DNA of 59,731 nucleotides, the filler included, from Sphacelaria rigidula (taxonomy: Eukaryota): assembly GCA_964200075.2 (NCBI GenBank). It is 8 parts of 8 records of this genome, joined end to end, with 100 filler letters (N's around TTAATTAATTAA, not from the genome) between each part and the next. Parts side by side here need not be neighbours in the genome. Positions count along the whole stretch, not along the records: positions 7,481 to 14,860 come from CAXNAA020015184.1; positions 14,961 to 22,339 come from CAXNAA020015185.1; positions 22,440 to 29,818 come from CAXNAA020015186.1; 5 more parts are not named here. One strand, written 5' to 3'. How positions within the stretch are numbered: the first letter of the stretch is position 1; every line of letters starts with the position of its first letter. Positions 13,441-26,714 of the stretch are shown piece by piece. Both the position numbers and the translations under genes were made by a program. The notes below the pieces were generated by a model, which saw only the letters and a list, made by a program, of their open reading frames with translations, ran no database searches and was not told the DNA's origin.

Positions 13441-14860
13441 CACTGGACAAGACAGTAGTTCCCAGCTGAAATAGGGGAAATATTAAATTTCAATTTTTGA
13501 TCAAGTGATTCATTATAAATGGGTACAAATCAGAAATTGCGCCGCATTTTGGGGTGAGAATGGCACGCGTTCGGTCGAAGATTTTTTAGACTACATGCAG
13601 GGATCCTCTCGTCTGAGGGGAAGATATCACGGGAATCGACATGGCCCCGGGGAGCTTAGAACTCTCGTTGACCGACAGGTAAAATGTGACCTGGTCGTCG
13701 ACGAGCGCGGTGTGCTCAACGAACTTGAAGAAGAAATGACGACGCTCCAGCGGTAAGGAGAACGCATGTCACGCAAACAGCCTCGTTTTGCCGCAGATCC
13801 GAGCTACTACAGTAGATAAAATAACACGTGTATGTGTACGACAGAAACCAGACGACGCCTGGAAAAAAACGACCTGCGTGGAAACAGAACCTTGTCGGGT
13901 CCAAACAAGGGCAATGAACATCGGCGGTCAGCGAGGATACAACGGGCCGTTCCTTGACAGAGCTGCGAGGGTCCGGTGAGGGCAGCTGGCTCTATTTGAA
14001 AAGGACGTCTTTGAGGAAGCACATGTGAGGCGGTTTCGGCGCTTCCGGACCTGTAGTCGCCGGTACATTGCGTCACAACAGTGAGGCAGATACGCCGAAC
14101 CCACACATGGAAGCAGGTTCATCGAGGGTAAGGGCCGCTTCCTGATGGTCTTTTGGACGCCTATCGAGTGGCTCTACCTACCGACGAGCAGCGGCGTCAC
14201 TCCACAGGTAAGCACCACCAGTCCGGACACCAACCTGGTGGGCTGCTCGTCGACACGCCTCAATTACGGAAGGAAAATCCACAGCGGAAACCGCCGGCGA
14301 GACAAGGACCTCTGGTGGTTTAAGCGATGGATTGGGCCGTCTCGAAGGCAAGGAAATTGGGCATACCGTAGGGGCGAAATGTGTTGTTCCTGTGTAGTAG
14401 GGGATATGCACCCTGACTCTACAGCAGACAACGTCCAGTGGACGGAGAAATCCTGCAGCTCCCTCGACCGCAGCAGTATGCTGTACGGGCGTCACGCGAA
14501 CAACGTTCACAGGTCCGTATCCAACACGTACAGCATACTGCACATTCGACCCTCATGTCACCTGTCCACCCCGCGCGTTCTACTGACCGCGGGCAACCCT
14601 GGGGCAAAATACACACCGTTCTGCTGCGACAGCCTAGGATGTTCATTATTGCCGTAGCACTCCTTCTGTCGTGAGGCCACGTCACCACCTCAAAGTCGCA
14701 CAGCGCGATAGGGTGTATCGACTACGAAGCCGAAGAATGACACGACTGCCCAGAGCAGTTTTGCTATGCTCACCTATACTCCAGCCCCCCGCCTCGACCC
14801 CCTCCCCCCCCCCCCACCCCCCCCAACAGCCCCCCTCGCGCCCCCTCCCACGACACACAC

Positions 14861-14960
14861 NNNNNNNNNNNNNNNNNNNNNNNNNNNNNNNNNNNNNNNN
14901 NNNNTTAATTAATTAANNNNNNNNNNNNNNNNNNNNNNNNNNNNNNNNNNNNNNNNNNNN
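14861..14960. other. Artificial contig-joining spacer
   Basis: 44 N + TTAATTAATTAA + 44 N. Confidence 0.98.
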
Positions 14961-15018
14961 GACTCGAAATTTCGAGCAACAAATGCCCCAAAATACCCCC
15001 CCTATCGTAGGATGACTC
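14961..15018. mobile_element. End of a GAG-terminus (Sola-like) TIR element, apparently inserted into a SINE
   Basis: AAATACCCCCCCTATCGTAGGATGACTC, the same terminus as at 29970-29998 and 44701-44725. Confidence 0.7.
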
Positions 15019-15255
15019 ATGCGTTTTTTGTTTTTTTCGTAGTGTCTGATTCCCACCGTGGAAAGCGTGAGAATATGAGTGAACACAGTAGTTGACTGAA
15101 TTTGTTTGATGTGAGTTGACGCGGCTCGGGAGTGCTGACCCAATCCGCGAGACCAAAATGCAAGGCGTGTACCGGGCAGAGATGGGTTGATCCCTCGAGA
15201 CCACGGACTCGTCCCGAGAAAGGGGAGGGGTCCAAAGTGCGACAAATGAAATAAA
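15019..15255 (+). mobile_element. tRNA-derived SINE, head missing
   Basis: Collinear with 36347-36585 and 47198-47450 (minus); ends AAAGTGCGACAAATGAAATAAAA. Confidence 0.85.
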
Positions 15256-15272
15256 ATGGAGTAAAAATTCTA

Positions 15273-15616
15273 CGAGCTGGGCCAGCCGAGAAGCGGATCT
15301 GTCGTTTGCAGGCCCAATCTCACCTCCAATTTTAGAGTTGGGCCCTTAAATTTGGTATGGACATTAGATAGGGCATGGTTACCAAAAATTATTTACAAAC
15401 CCAAATATATATATTTTCATCCTTCAACGGCATTTTACCTGAACCTGAGAAGTGTGGCCTTTAACTAATGAAGAACAAGAAATACCTAGGTTCATGAATA
15501 TTTTTTTGTAACTATGCCCTATTCATTGTCGATACAAATTATAGGGTCCAATTCTCAAAATCGAGGTGAGATAAGACCTGCAAACTGCAGATCCGCTTCT
15601 AGGCTGGCCCAGCTCG
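15273..15616. mobile_element. MITE with ~130-bp imperfect TIRs and TA TSD (Tc1/mariner-type signature)
   Basis: TA|CGAGCTGGGCCAGCCGAGAAGCGGATCTG ... CAGATCCGCTTCTAGGCTGGCCCAGCTCG|TA; other ends at ~4846 and ~21326. Confidence 0.9.
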
Positions 15617-15779
15617 TAGTGCTGGTCAAACATGGACATGGAGGCAACAGCGAGGATCGGAGGAAGACATCCGATTGTACAGTCTACGTCATCGACTTCA
15701 GGTGTTCTGCCTCCAATCCGGGATCTTGTCGGTGCCCATATTTGTTTCCGAGCCGCAAATTCCGAATCTCGCAAAGGTC

Positions 15780-18210
15780 TGATGTTGTCATCACGTGACG
15801 CCGTTCTGGCGTGTGTATCGGCAAGATGGTCACACATGTTTGTTGGATCTTCGTGGGCTCCGGCACACAAGCGCCCTGTATGCGTCGTTGGATTTTCCGG
15901 GTCCGCGGGCCAACACACAGGGGGCTACACTCTCTTGGTCGTTGGGTTCTGGCCTTTTTTGGTAGGGTGTAATATAAGCGTGGCGATGGTTGCGACTTCT
16001 CGGCGTATCTTCTGCTGAGCCGGCGGTACGGTCACTACACGAATACAGGTCAATAGGTGATCAAGAAAGGGTAAGATATCAATTTTTAGCCGAGGGCAAG
16101 GTGTACCCTCCTGGATTGTTTGCAAAAAAGGGTATTCTCACAGGCTCTCATTTTCGGCGCGGTAGTTCAGCCTAGTAACACTTGTGAAAATGAAAAAAAT
16201 GGTTGGGGATGCTGCCCAGACACTGTGGGTGTGGATCTGAGGCGCTGGAATGTGTTTTCGAGGTGTTCAGCCCGCGTGCAGTGCCGCGCCCCGAAGCGAA
16301 AAGTACGTTACCCTTGTCTGTTCCAAACGCACTAGGGTGTACCCTTTTTTGTCTTTTCTCCCTGTTTTATCGGAGATCTGCGAAATTGTCAGGACTAGCA
16401 AGGCACAAGGTATCTGATGATTCTCGAATGCCAGCGAGCGCCATGGCGTATTCACAGGACAATCGGATGACTATCGAATGCTTGCGAGGCCACGGCGTAT
16501 TCACAGGGCAGCTCTCCGAATTTCTGCGTTGCAGTCCGAAAAATTCGGACCTCTCCAAAAATGAAGCTGACAAGAAAAAATGGGCAACATGCAAAAAGAA
16601 TATACGCTGTGGTTTGTGGCACAGTAAAGGGTAACGCATTTGTCGATTTGTGGCGCGGCTCTGCACGCGGGCTGAAAAGCTCGAAAACACGTTCCAGCAC
16701 CTCAGCCCCACGCCCAAGGTGTCTGGGCAGCATGCTCGACCATGAACTGAAATTTCACTCGTGGTATCAGGCTCAGCTACGGCGCGGGAAAAGAGAGCCT
16801 GTGAGAGCAACCTGTCTTTCCCTTCTTTGTGGAGTGATGACCCTACCGCCGACTCCGCATAAGATATGCCGAGCAGTCACGACCATGCCCTTTTTTTTTT
16901 TGAAATTACACCCCGCCACAAGGCCGAAACCCAACGACCAACAAATTGTAGCCCCCTGCTGGTTGACCCGCAGCCCCTGCAGATCCGACGATGCATCCAG
17001 GGTGCGTGTGTGCCGGAGCTCTCAAAGATCTGTTGAACATGTGTGAAAGATCTTGCCGACACACACACACCCGAACGGCATCATGTGGCGTCGTCACGTT
17101 GAACATGAGACCGTTGCGAAGACATGCAGCATACAACGCACGTACTGAATCTGCACACACTTTCCTCTAGGGTGAGAACCGGTCAGAGGTTCTTCGGGAT
17201 GTCTTCCATAAATGTATGCCCAAATTCCACACCTTCCTGGAAAAAGGCGTTTTGTGCAGCGAATAAACGGCTGTTGTGAAAGCCAAATGTGGCGTCGTCC
17301 ATCTGACCCCACCTGAGGAGAGTTTACTTTGGTTCTAATCCGCAACGTGCAGATCCCGCAATGGTCTACTGTTCAACGTGATGACGCCTTATGATGCCGT
17401 TCGGGCGTGTGCGTGTCGGCAAGATCTTTCACACATGTTCAATGGATCTTTGTGAACTCCGGCACACACGCACCCTGGATGCATCGTCGGATCTGCAGGG
17501 GCTGCGGGTCAACCAGCAGGGGGCCACAATTCGTTGGTCGTTGGGTTTCGGCCTTGTGGCGTGGTGTACTTTAACAAAAAATGGGTATAATTGTGACTGT
17601 TCGGCTTATCTTCTGTGAAGTCGGCGGTAGGCTCGTCATTTCACAAATAAGAGTGAAGAAGGGGTCGGACTTGAGCATTAAAGGGTACACACGTCAACAA
17701 AAAAGGGTAACATATTCTAGCAGAGACGAGGGTGTATCCTCCTGGATTGTTTTTTAAAAAGGGTAGCCTCACAGGCTCTCCTTCTCCGGGCCCTAGTTAA
17801 GCTCAGTGCTACGTGTGATTTTTTCAAAAAATGGCCGGGCATGCTGCCCAGACACCTTGGGCGTGGGGCTGAGGTGCTGGAACGTGTTTTCGAGGTGTTC
17901 AGCCCGCGTGCAGCGCCGCGCCCCAAAATGACGAATGCGTTACCCTTTTCTGTTCCAAAAACTACGGGGGTATACCCTTTTTTGTATACTGCCTAGAAAC
18001 AGTCAAGCTGCGTCATTCTGGGAGAAGTCCGAACGCAGAGTCCGATTACTGAAAAATTCTGAAATCTTTGAAAAAAACAGTGTCAATAATAATGGGCCTG
18101 GTCGACGTTGTTTTTCGGATAGCTCCGAACTGTGCTGGACTGGCAAGGTGCATGATGGCTTCCGGACGCTGGCCAGCGCCACGGCGTACACATAGGGCAG
18201 CTTTCCGAAG
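15780..18210. repeat. Three copies of a ~0.5-0.8-kb unit arranged direct / inverted / direct
   Basis: Unit A ~15780-16530 (+), B ~16590-17105 (-), C ~17370-18210 (+). Example: ATGCTGCCCAGACAC at 16209 and 17841, reverse-complemented at ~16720-16735. Confidence 0.85.
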
Positions 18211-18884
18211 TGCTGTTGCAAAATTATTATACACAAGATCCCTTGCCGGCCTTCGGCCGATAGCGGTTCCTTTTTCAGCGGGTCACGCCTGATGCATTAT
18301 AGGCAGCCAAGCTCTCGTGATTTGTAGTAGTTGGTGTGTTCTGTGTTGATGCGGAGGCTGAGAAGAGGATTACTTATTCTGTGGAGCGGCAGCGGTGCAC
18401 CTGCCGGTGCGAACGCTTCGAAACGCAAACCTGTTTTTTTTTCTGTACTTGCTTCGCCTTTTTTTTACTTTGTATCGCGCATGTGTGATTTTTTTTCTTG
18501 TGTAAGAATCTCTTGAATAAATGTGCGGCAATCGACGTAGATTTCCCCCCTGCGTGTTTTTGTCACGTGGTTTATAAACGTTATCACCCGGCGGGACCTG
18601 CTCAAGTTTAGCAAGTGCGTTTCTTTACTGTGCCCTCGGTAGGATTCAAACTACCGACTCATCCCGTGGTAAACGCTTTTTACCAACGCTGCCGTTGCAA
18701 CCAGAGTGCTTTTCCCTTCAAGGACACTCGTGGGAGAGTGAAGCTCTTCGACATGTATCGTGGACACCTGTTTAATTTCAGTCTGCTCTTCCAACGGTCA
18801 GACAAATAATGATTCATCTGGAAATTACTTCATTTCACACGTCGGAAAACTTATCCCATGAAACTCATTTTTGTATATCTTGGC

Positions 18885-19010
18885 TGCTGAGATATACGGT
18901 ATAACTCAGCGGTATCTATTTCCACTGGCAGAGCTATACTGTATAGCTCAGTGGTACCATTTCCCGCCAACTGAGTTGTGCTCTGTAGCTCAGCGGTACC
19001 TTTTCCCACT
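18885..19010. repeat. ~39-bp tandem repeat (3 units), each with a small hairpin
   Basis: Units of CTGAG-NNNN-CTGTAGCTCAGCGGTACC-TTTCCCA; the GAGCTATAC...GTATAGCTC core is self-complementary. Confidence 0.7.
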
Positions 19011-20203
19011 GAATGGGTTACATCACAGAAGTGACTTAACTCATGAGTTGTCCGACGCGTGCTTGGTTCGAATGTATGTGATTCGTACCGTACGAATCAA
19101 TCCTTGGGCTTCACTTTTAGTGTTGCACCCCAGGAACGCGCAACTCAGACACGTGGAATCGCGCAAAATTTGCTCAGAGACTACTTCCGCCCCCGGTCAA
19201 TTTGTTTTTTCCTCTTGCTAGCAATCAGGCCTCAAAATTCGTGGATTTTTCGTGATTCGAATCGGCGATGAGTACGAACCTTGCACAATTCTCGGGAAGA
19301 TACATCCACGCATATACCGTACAATAAATGGTCCTGGTGACGGAATGCTTTGCTCGCCGGCGTATACAACCCGCGGGTGGTGAGAGTTTGGAAGCCGACA
19401 ACGTATTATTGGGGGGGGTGGTACTCATGGTGATGTAGAACGTTACTTGGGAGGTAACGAGCGTATTTGTGATTTCTCTGTGTTACCCTCCGTACCAGCG
19501 GTACCCCTGTTTGATATCCTGCCTTGGAAAATGACGGCTGAAGTGTAGTGACGTGTTCGTCCGTCTCCATTAGTCTCGACATTCGACCAAGGGGCGATAG
19601 TCATTACCCTACGATCGCGGAGAACGTCATGGTTGCATCCACAAAGGGAGTGACAGCGAATAACTTTCTCGTGTGCTGACCGTCACGATGCAAAATAATA
19701 CAATTCCCCGACGAACACGTGTTTCTTTCACCTTGATTCCCTTCAACAATCGATACCCCAGTACCTTTAAAGGTCCTCTCTCTTAGAAGATGTCGATGAG
19801 GTCTTTCCAGCGCAGCGCTTTGTGCGACACCATTGTGGTGACGTTTCTTTGAGCAATCACGCCGACGCGCTACCGAAAAACATGACGGCCATTCGTCAAC
19901 AAGTGGTTGACCGTCGGATATTCGTGATCACAATTATTTACATCGACTGCAGCTCGAAATATATGTACACACACATGTATATATATATATATACGGGTCA
20001 CCGGTAGAGGGTCATGCAGTAGAACGGAAATGAAGACCAATGATTTTCCATCGGAAATCTTTTCAACGTGCTTCGGTAATGTCTATACCCCTGCCACGAT
20101 GCATTCTGCCCTTGAGTTGTGTAGCATCACACGAAAGCTATGAAGGGATGAAAAGTTCAACAATTGTTACCCTGTATCCTGCCGCACACACCGCGAGTGC
20201 CAG

Positions 20204-20300
20204 GACAAACTGAGGGAACGCCTAAAGATCCTGGAAGAAAAGCGCGACCTGGTGCAAGAAGAACGGGAGCTGTTGAACAAGGTCCGCGCCTCTTTGGCAG
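20204..20300 (+). CDS. Unknown protein, coiled-coil exon
   Basis: cag|DKLRERLKILEEKRDLVQEERELLNKVRASLA G|gtgtgt; phase 1 fits the next exon. Confidence 0.6.
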
Positions 20301-20456
20301 GTGTGTGGAACGGCTGTGCCATCGCTTGTCGTGCGCTCCTACTGCATTCGTGTCGTTGCGTTCGCATAGCCTGGCCTCATTAGCATGACTCCCCGAAATG
20401 TTTCGGTTCGGAGACCAGATATTTGACCAACCCTGTTTTGTGGTTCACGGCAGCAG

Positions 20457-20950
20457 ATGTGGGCGGCAGTGTGACAGGGAAACGTAAGGAACGCCCAGTT
20501 TCTGAATCTACGAGGGCAGAAAAACCAGCCGGTGTTACGGCGACGGTGGTGTCGACTGGTCCGAAACCCTTGAAACAACAAAAATCCACCGGCCGAGGCG
20601 GCGGCAGTGGCGGCAGCGGCGGGGGGGAAGGCAGCGGCGGTGGCGAGGGCGATGCAAAAGTGGCTAGCAGTAATACAACGAGCAAATCGTATTCCCCCTT
20701 CATCCCCGCGCACATGAAAAAGGAGTCGGGATTCGACGCTTTTCTGAAGAAAAATGCTGCAACCACGGCTAGACCCTCGCCGGCGGAGAAGAGTGGGCTG
20801 AGGCCGACTCCGCCAACCCGACTGGTGGTAGCACCAGCATTGGCAGCGGCGGCGGCGGGTTTGGCAGCGGCTAAAACGACCGGTAGCAGTGGCGGGGGTA
20901 GGCGGCCCATTCCGTTTAATATTGGAAAGGACGGGAATGGCCTGGACTAG
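20457..20950 (+). CDS. Unknown protein, terminal low-complexity (G/S/A/K-rich) exon
   Basis: Tandem CAGCAG acceptor (start 20454 or 20457, phase 1), then a GC-rich open frame to TAG (ORF 20423-20950). Confidence 0.6.
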
Positions 20951-21325
20951 GATTCCTTCGTCTCGCGATCAAAGTTGAAGTCGTGCCGTGATTGCTGTGT
21001 GTTGTCAGGCACGATCACTGGATGCGGTGGTGCGGCTGCGTTTCCAGTAGCGAAAAGGATTGCCGGTGTGGAAGTGGCGATGGTGGGGGTTTTGGGGGAT
21101 GATGCGGCACCATCAAGTGTTATCACGTCGTCTCTTGAGTGTCAACGATTGTCGAATGTAGTGCAAGAGGTGTGTATGACCCCGGGGCGATGAACGTTCG
21201 AGACCCGAAAGCATAATATTCAAGGGGAGGTATTGAAGGGGTGATGTGTCACGTACCTCCGTACGATACTGAAGATACATGAAAAGTGCGGAAAATGCCC
21301 GTAACCTCATGTCCCGAGGGTGGTA

Positions 21326-21500
21326 CGAGCTGGGCCAGCCAAGAGTTGCTGTGGGTGGTTAAGCATTTATACGCAGCTTAATTTTGGGAGTTAGAAGCTT
21401 GAATTTGATACGAGATTAATGATGTCAATACAAGGAAAGTGGCCGAGGCAACGAAGAAAAAAAAAAGCACATGATGTACAGCAAATGGAAATTTCAGCAA
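21326..21500. mobile_element. Partial copy of the CGAGCTGGGCCAGCC MITE family
   Basis: TA|CGAGCTGGGCCAGCCAAGA matches the left end of 15273-15616; the right boundary is unclear. Confidence 0.55.
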
Positions 21501-21636
21501 AATAAGGATAGAGTAGAACTATGAAGGAGAAATGTTGTTACTTCTGTGGAGACTTTCAAATTGAGTGCATAGCATCCTTGCAACTTTTCGGATCAACTCC
21601 TGGAAAGTTGCTTCACATTTTTTGTGTGACATCGCT

Positions 21637-21710
21637 GCGCCCCGGTGGTCCAACTGATACAGGAGACTCCAGCTACAGTGGTCATGAGTTCGAATCCCGA
21701 CAGAACATTC
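21637..21710 (+). mobile_element. Degenerate tRNA-like SINE head
   Basis: Starts GCGCCCCGGTGGT like the SINE copies and has a B-box-like AGTTCGAATCC; no complete cloverleaf. Confidence 0.5.
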
Positions 21711-22339
21711 TTTTTTGCAGAATCTGGTTTCCGTCGCTGAGGTATTTTTAGCACAAAGCACTCTTCTTTTAGTTGAAGAAGGTGATCTCGGCACTTCCTT
21801 TCAACACGGGATCTTTCAAATTGGGGATAGATTTTTTGGGGGGATGGGCAAGGTCAAAAGTTGGACCGAAAAGTGCCAAAAATATTTCTCGGAAATATTG
21901 CTCTGTCACTTGTCTGACAGTCACCGGAGGTTTCGGAGGGCGTTCAGCGGAGGTATGTACGTGGCTACTGCCGAGTTTTTATCGATCCGTACTACTACTA
22001 CTACTAAACTGTCATACTGTACGCACTTGTTGCCCAGTATATAAACATGACATCGTCCTGCGAATATCGCCCTGCTGCATTCACTGCGACAACCAGATGC
22101 CCCAGGCAGGCAGTTGTGAACACGCCGCCCCTACTACCATCAATGTCAACTACTTATTATTGGTGGCATCGCGTTCCAATAACACGAAGCTGAGATTCGT
22201 TGTAGTAACCAAGAGTGGGCGAAAAAAACCCCTAGATCCCCACTCCATTTTCCTCAGTCTGAACCGGCCGAGTGGTGGAGGGGGGGGGTGTACTCATGAT
22301 CATGCATGTCATAGTCATAAGACCATTGACCTCGCATCC

Positions 22340-22439
22340 NNNNNNNNNNNNNNNNNNNNNNNNNNNNNNNNNNNNNNNNNNNNTTAATTAATTAANNNNN
22401 NNNNNNNNNNNNNNNNNNNNNNNNNNNNNNNNNNNNNNN
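22340..22439. other. Artificial contig-joining spacer
   Basis: 44 N + TTAATTAATTAA + 44 N. Confidence 0.98.
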
Positions 22440-23238
22440 TTTTTTTTTTTTTCTTTTTCTTGTTTGATTTCTTTGGTTTTTGGCGTTGTGGGTGGGTGTG
22501 TGGGGGTTGTTAACTACGCTGAGTCGAGCCTGTACTTGTTGTGGCCCATCAATTTTCGTGTGTAAGTGATCGGGTCGTTTGTGTATAAGATATGTTCTTC
22601 AGAGTGTGCCGCAATTCTTGTAGTGACATATGGCTCGTGCAGTTTTCCAATCCAATACTTGATCGTACTTTGGTGCAATGTGTAGGATGGGTGGTTCTGG
22701 TATCGAGTCAAGCAGCGACCGCCATCAATGCGTCGGTGTGCTGAGCGTTTGGTGAAGAAAGTGAGCTATTGATCGTACTCCTTGCAAACGGTCAACATGA
22801 TGGTATTGGCTTAGCCGTATAACTGGCGTCAGCAGCGTCATGCCAGTAGGTAGTTCTTTTCGTTTACGGCGACCCTGCTCGTGAGCAAGGTGCACACTAC
22901 TGCTCTGGGATACACAACACTAGTTGGCGTCTTCACTTGCGAGAAGTTACCTGCCCCCGGTCGGAGGTCGTATCCTCGATGTTGGTAGCGTAAGCAGCAA
23001 CTAGGAGACGGATCATAGCTCGCTCCGCTCGAAAATGCGGCGTTATATAATCTTCGTATATTTTCTAATTTTGATACGTCTCTTCTGTGTGTGGATGGAT
23101 CATGGTAACGATGACATACGTGGTCCGGACATAGATTTGCTACCCCGTGATATGGGGTAGAAAAATGGAGTCAAAGAGTATGTAAAGCTTCTCCATCGTG
23201 GTCATGCGATTGGAAATGTGCCCATCGTCTGCTCACAG

Positions 23239-23422
23239 GGAAACAGGCGAGTGCATCTGCCACGATGGATTCGAGGGCCGAGTGTGCGAACGAATGACGT
23301 GTCCGAATGACTGCAGCGGTCACGGACAGTGCGTCTCCATGAGAGAAGCGGCGGTAGGCTTCGACGGCTATCGGCTGACCCGTGTCGCCTCTTATGACGC
23401 CTGGGATGCAGATATGATTTAT
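23239..23422 (+). CDS. EGF-like/tenascin-repeat protein (stramenopile mastigoneme/Sig1-related type), visible exon 1
   Basis: cag|ETGECICHDGFEGRVCERMTCPNDCSGHGQCVSMREAAVGFDGYRLTRVASYDAWDADMIY|gtgcgt; CPNDCSGHGxC EGF motif. Confidence 0.9.
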
Positions 23423-24307
23423 GTGCGTACAGCATGTTGTCGGTTTCTGTCGTGAGTGTAACGAACACAATGTACAGATTTCTCCGAATACCACCAAATC
23501 AAATGCATCACTCGTTGAGAGTCAGTAACTCCTGCATTCCACAAAATGTCAGGTGCTCGCTTCCCGATTCGATGTGCGAACTCTCGAATGACCAACCGAA
23601 TGCAACAACTCGAGGTTGTGGACTCACAAAAACGAGCCGGATGTCAGCTCCCTGTTGCATGGTTAAGTGCGCACTTTCAACAGCACACCAGGCCCAAATC
23701 AAATAGAGGACACCCCAAGAAAAAAAACGCCCTTGCTGTTCGTATGGCTTCCTTACCTGGAGCCCTGGTACGGTCTGTCGCGATCTTTCTCGGGACCGGT
23801 ACTATACTATGGTAGCCCGTAGCCTGTGGTTATGTCGGTACACTTCGTCTCCCCCACCCCCGCCCCCGCCCCCCCACACCATCACCATTTTCTTCATATT
23901 CCTCCCTTTCCTAAGTTTCCGCTAGCATTTGGTTTCGTATATTCACCTCGAGTACATCTTCCTTCTGGCCATTGCTGGCATCCTAGCGGATTAAGAAGTT
24001 AATGTGCGATGAGCAATGAATCGATCGATCAATCAATCAACCAACAATCACTCGAGAGACTGGCTGCGTGCGCGGAAGAGGAGGAGCGACATCCGTGTGT
24101 GTAGGCAGTTGTTTTACGTTCACGTATCTAAGCCTTCAGATATTGGTAAGAAGGAACAGGCTGGCGAACTTCGCACGTGTAGCATCGGCCTCCGGGTCAG
24201 ACGCGGTTCTTGCAACGTTTGACCCTCCAAATATATTCTTCATGCTGGTCCCTGGGGCGGGAAAATCGTCGCACCGAATTACACCACTGCTGCGCGTTTG
24301 TTATCAG

Positions 24308-24423
24308 GGATGCGTCTGTGACGATGGGTACGAAGGGTATGACTGCAGCCGTCGGCACTGCCCACAGAGCGACAGTGGTCTGACTTCTGGGCAACAGGAC
24401 GAGAGTGTGGTTCTTTACTGTAG
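24308..24423 (+). CDS. EGF-like/tenascin-repeat protein, visible exon 2
   Basis: cag|GCVCDDGYEGYDCSRRHCPQSDSGLTSGQQDESVVLYC AG|gtacgg; joins exon 1 to give WDADMIYGCVCD. Confidence 0.9.
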
Positions 24424-24773
24424 GTACGGAAGTGCGGATTTCGTGCCATTGTAAAGTGCTCGTGAGGTGTTTTGCCCCTTGCCGAGCTCCGGACTTTGTA
24501 GTCGGGTGGGTAGTGTACGCATGCTACGGTCAGCCTACTGTGTGAATCAGCCACAGGTGCTCATGATGGTACACAGCAGATACCAATCGAATGTTCATAC
24601 TGTCTCACTCGAAATGGATGTCGACGAATGTTGTGCACGCGATGTGCACAACGATGTGCCTTCTGGTGGTGTTGCTCATTTTGCCGCCCGTTTTTTTCAT
24701 CACGTCCAAATAGTTCTTGGCGTCGATGGCACACATTTGTTTTCAGCATGTCCTTTTGGTTCTATCCAACCAG

Positions 24774-24894
24774 GTGCGGGAGCGATTGCACGGGAAGCTT
24801 CCGACTGCGCTACAAAGGGCAATATGCGACCATACAGCATGGGTATGACGAGGAGGAAGTGGCGAGCAAGCTCATGGCATTGACCACTATAAAG
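24774..24894 (+). CDS. EGF-like/tenascin-repeat protein, visible exon 3
   Basis: cag|(R)CGSDCTGSFRLRYKGQYATIQHGYDEEEVASKLMALTTIK|gtcggt; phase 2 in, phase 0 out. Confidence 0.85.
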
Positions 24895-26039
24895 GTCGGT
24901 GAAATCGAGGCTGATAACGTGAAAAACGTCAACCATGCTCCGCTGGTTGATGCTCAGCGTACGATGTGGCAAGCAATAGAGTGAGGGCTGGCGGCTGTCA
25001 GGTATATAAGGTACCTGTGCCGGTTTCAGAGATAACTAACTAGACTACTGATCGTCACAAACGTTAGTCGTGGGGATTCGATCCCCATCACTTTCACAAA
25101 CCGTCACATACCCCAATAGTTCGGGGTTTACTGACTGACTTTGTGCATGTAGAGCCAGCGAATGATGAAACACGAATGAGAAACAATTGATAGTAGGTGC
25201 GCGCAAAGGGACGCTGGAGTTGCGTGGAAAGACACCACGCGCACCAACCCCCCGCCCCACCCCCCCCACCCCCCCCGACCCGCCCTTCCGCCGAACACCC
25301 CACGCTCCGCANNNNNNNNNNAAAAGAGGAAACACAAACGGAAAAAAATTGATCGGGGGCGCGCCCAAGGGGGCGCGGGGTGGGGCGGGAAACCCCCCCC
25401 CCCCCCCCCCCCATTTATAGTGTGACTCTTCAGGCTGAGGAGGCCCACGAAAGGCAACTCCCAAGTTGTTCTCATATGTTTCTGGAACCAAATCCTGAAG
25501 TTCCAGCAACTTAGAACCAACTGATCTCGTGGCGCCACTTGTTCACAGACTTGCCAGTTCAGTGAAAGACTGGCTGTGGTTGCTCGCGGCGAAATACGTC
25601 AATAACGACAGCAACTGTCAACAATCCTACAAGCAATCAGCAGCCCTGCGATAAATGGAAACTGAGATGCGCCCCGTTTGCGGCATTTCATTGGGAAGAG
25701 CGGGTGGAAGGACAGTCAGCCGCGTCCGTGGAAATATCCAGCCCATGAAGAGGAAAACATCATTCAGCCAAGCAGAAACGCAGGCGCTCTTCTATCCCCT
25801 TCCACTCCTACTTGTCCTCTGCCGCTTACGTTACCGATATTCTCGATCCAGTCGTGCGTCCATCCCAAAATTACATGTACCCAACACTGTGTCGTCTGGA
25901 AAACGGACCGCGCACGACCGAAACACCGATTTGCATCACCGACTCGCATAGTACAGCGGCGGGCCGTGTTTCACCGAATGCATATCGCTTTTTCTCTCCT
26001 CTCGCTCGCCCCTCCACTCCCTCCACTCGATGGTCGCAG

Positions 26040-26205
26040 TCTGATGCTGCGGAGTATACATCGCCCCCGATCTCTGTTGAATTCGCGGGTGGGGAGACAA
26101 CCGTGTGTAGCTCTCGGGGCACGAATTCGACCATCACGTTCACGCGCGATCCTGGCGACTTGCCTGCAGTCTACGTGATGTTCAACAAGCTGAGCGCATC
26201 GGATG
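26040..26205 (+). CDS. EGF-like/tenascin-repeat protein, visible exon 4
   Basis: Pyrimidine tract, cag|SDAAEYTSPPISVEFAGGETTVCSSRGTNSTITFTRDPGDLPAVYVMFNKLSASD G|gtgag; phase-consistent. Confidence 0.85.
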
Positions 26206-26714
26206 GTGAGCGCAACGATTGATGACTCGGCTGTCGCACACTGAAGTAGCCCCCACGGGCCCAGCCGTACACGTGAGACAGACCCACCCAAGGTATATAA
26301 AGTGAAACACCTTGAGAAAGGATTTCGAGGCTCGAGAACGGTACGAGAGAACCTTCCTTTCCCCCCGAAGATACTGACAAGCTAAGAAGTACCCCCGGTC
26401 CCGACCATGTGTTTGTTTATATTTATATTTCTTAAGTCACACAAATTCTAGGGACCTACACATGATCTGGACACCGTCCTGTTACGTATACTACGCACAA
26501 GCGGCTGAGCTAAGCAACACACGTTGCAGACTACAACTGCGGTAGGTCCAAGCGGTCGATGGGAATCAACAATACGAAGTTGTTTTATTTTCTTTTTTCG
26601 CTCGTAGTTTTGCCGTTCGGCTTGGTGTCACGGTGTTGTAACGAAGTCATTCGATAAGAAAGTCGCGTGTATGGCCTGCGGCAGTGGCGATCCAATATTT
26701 GGCAATAAATCAAG

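Noticed and set aside
13500..14760. Cluster of overlapping ORFs upstream of the IDE exons
   Set aside because: No recognisable motif or splice-consistent link to IDE; probably decayed TE, unclassifiable by eye.
18885..19010. Second CRISPR-like hairpin repeat
   Set aside because: Whole units are homologous, with no unique spacers.
25165..25415. Local duplication around a 10-N gap (similarly 38470-38700)
   Set aside because: One copy is a G/C-smeared version of the other next to homopolymers and a gap, typical of a low-quality read or scaffolding artefact.
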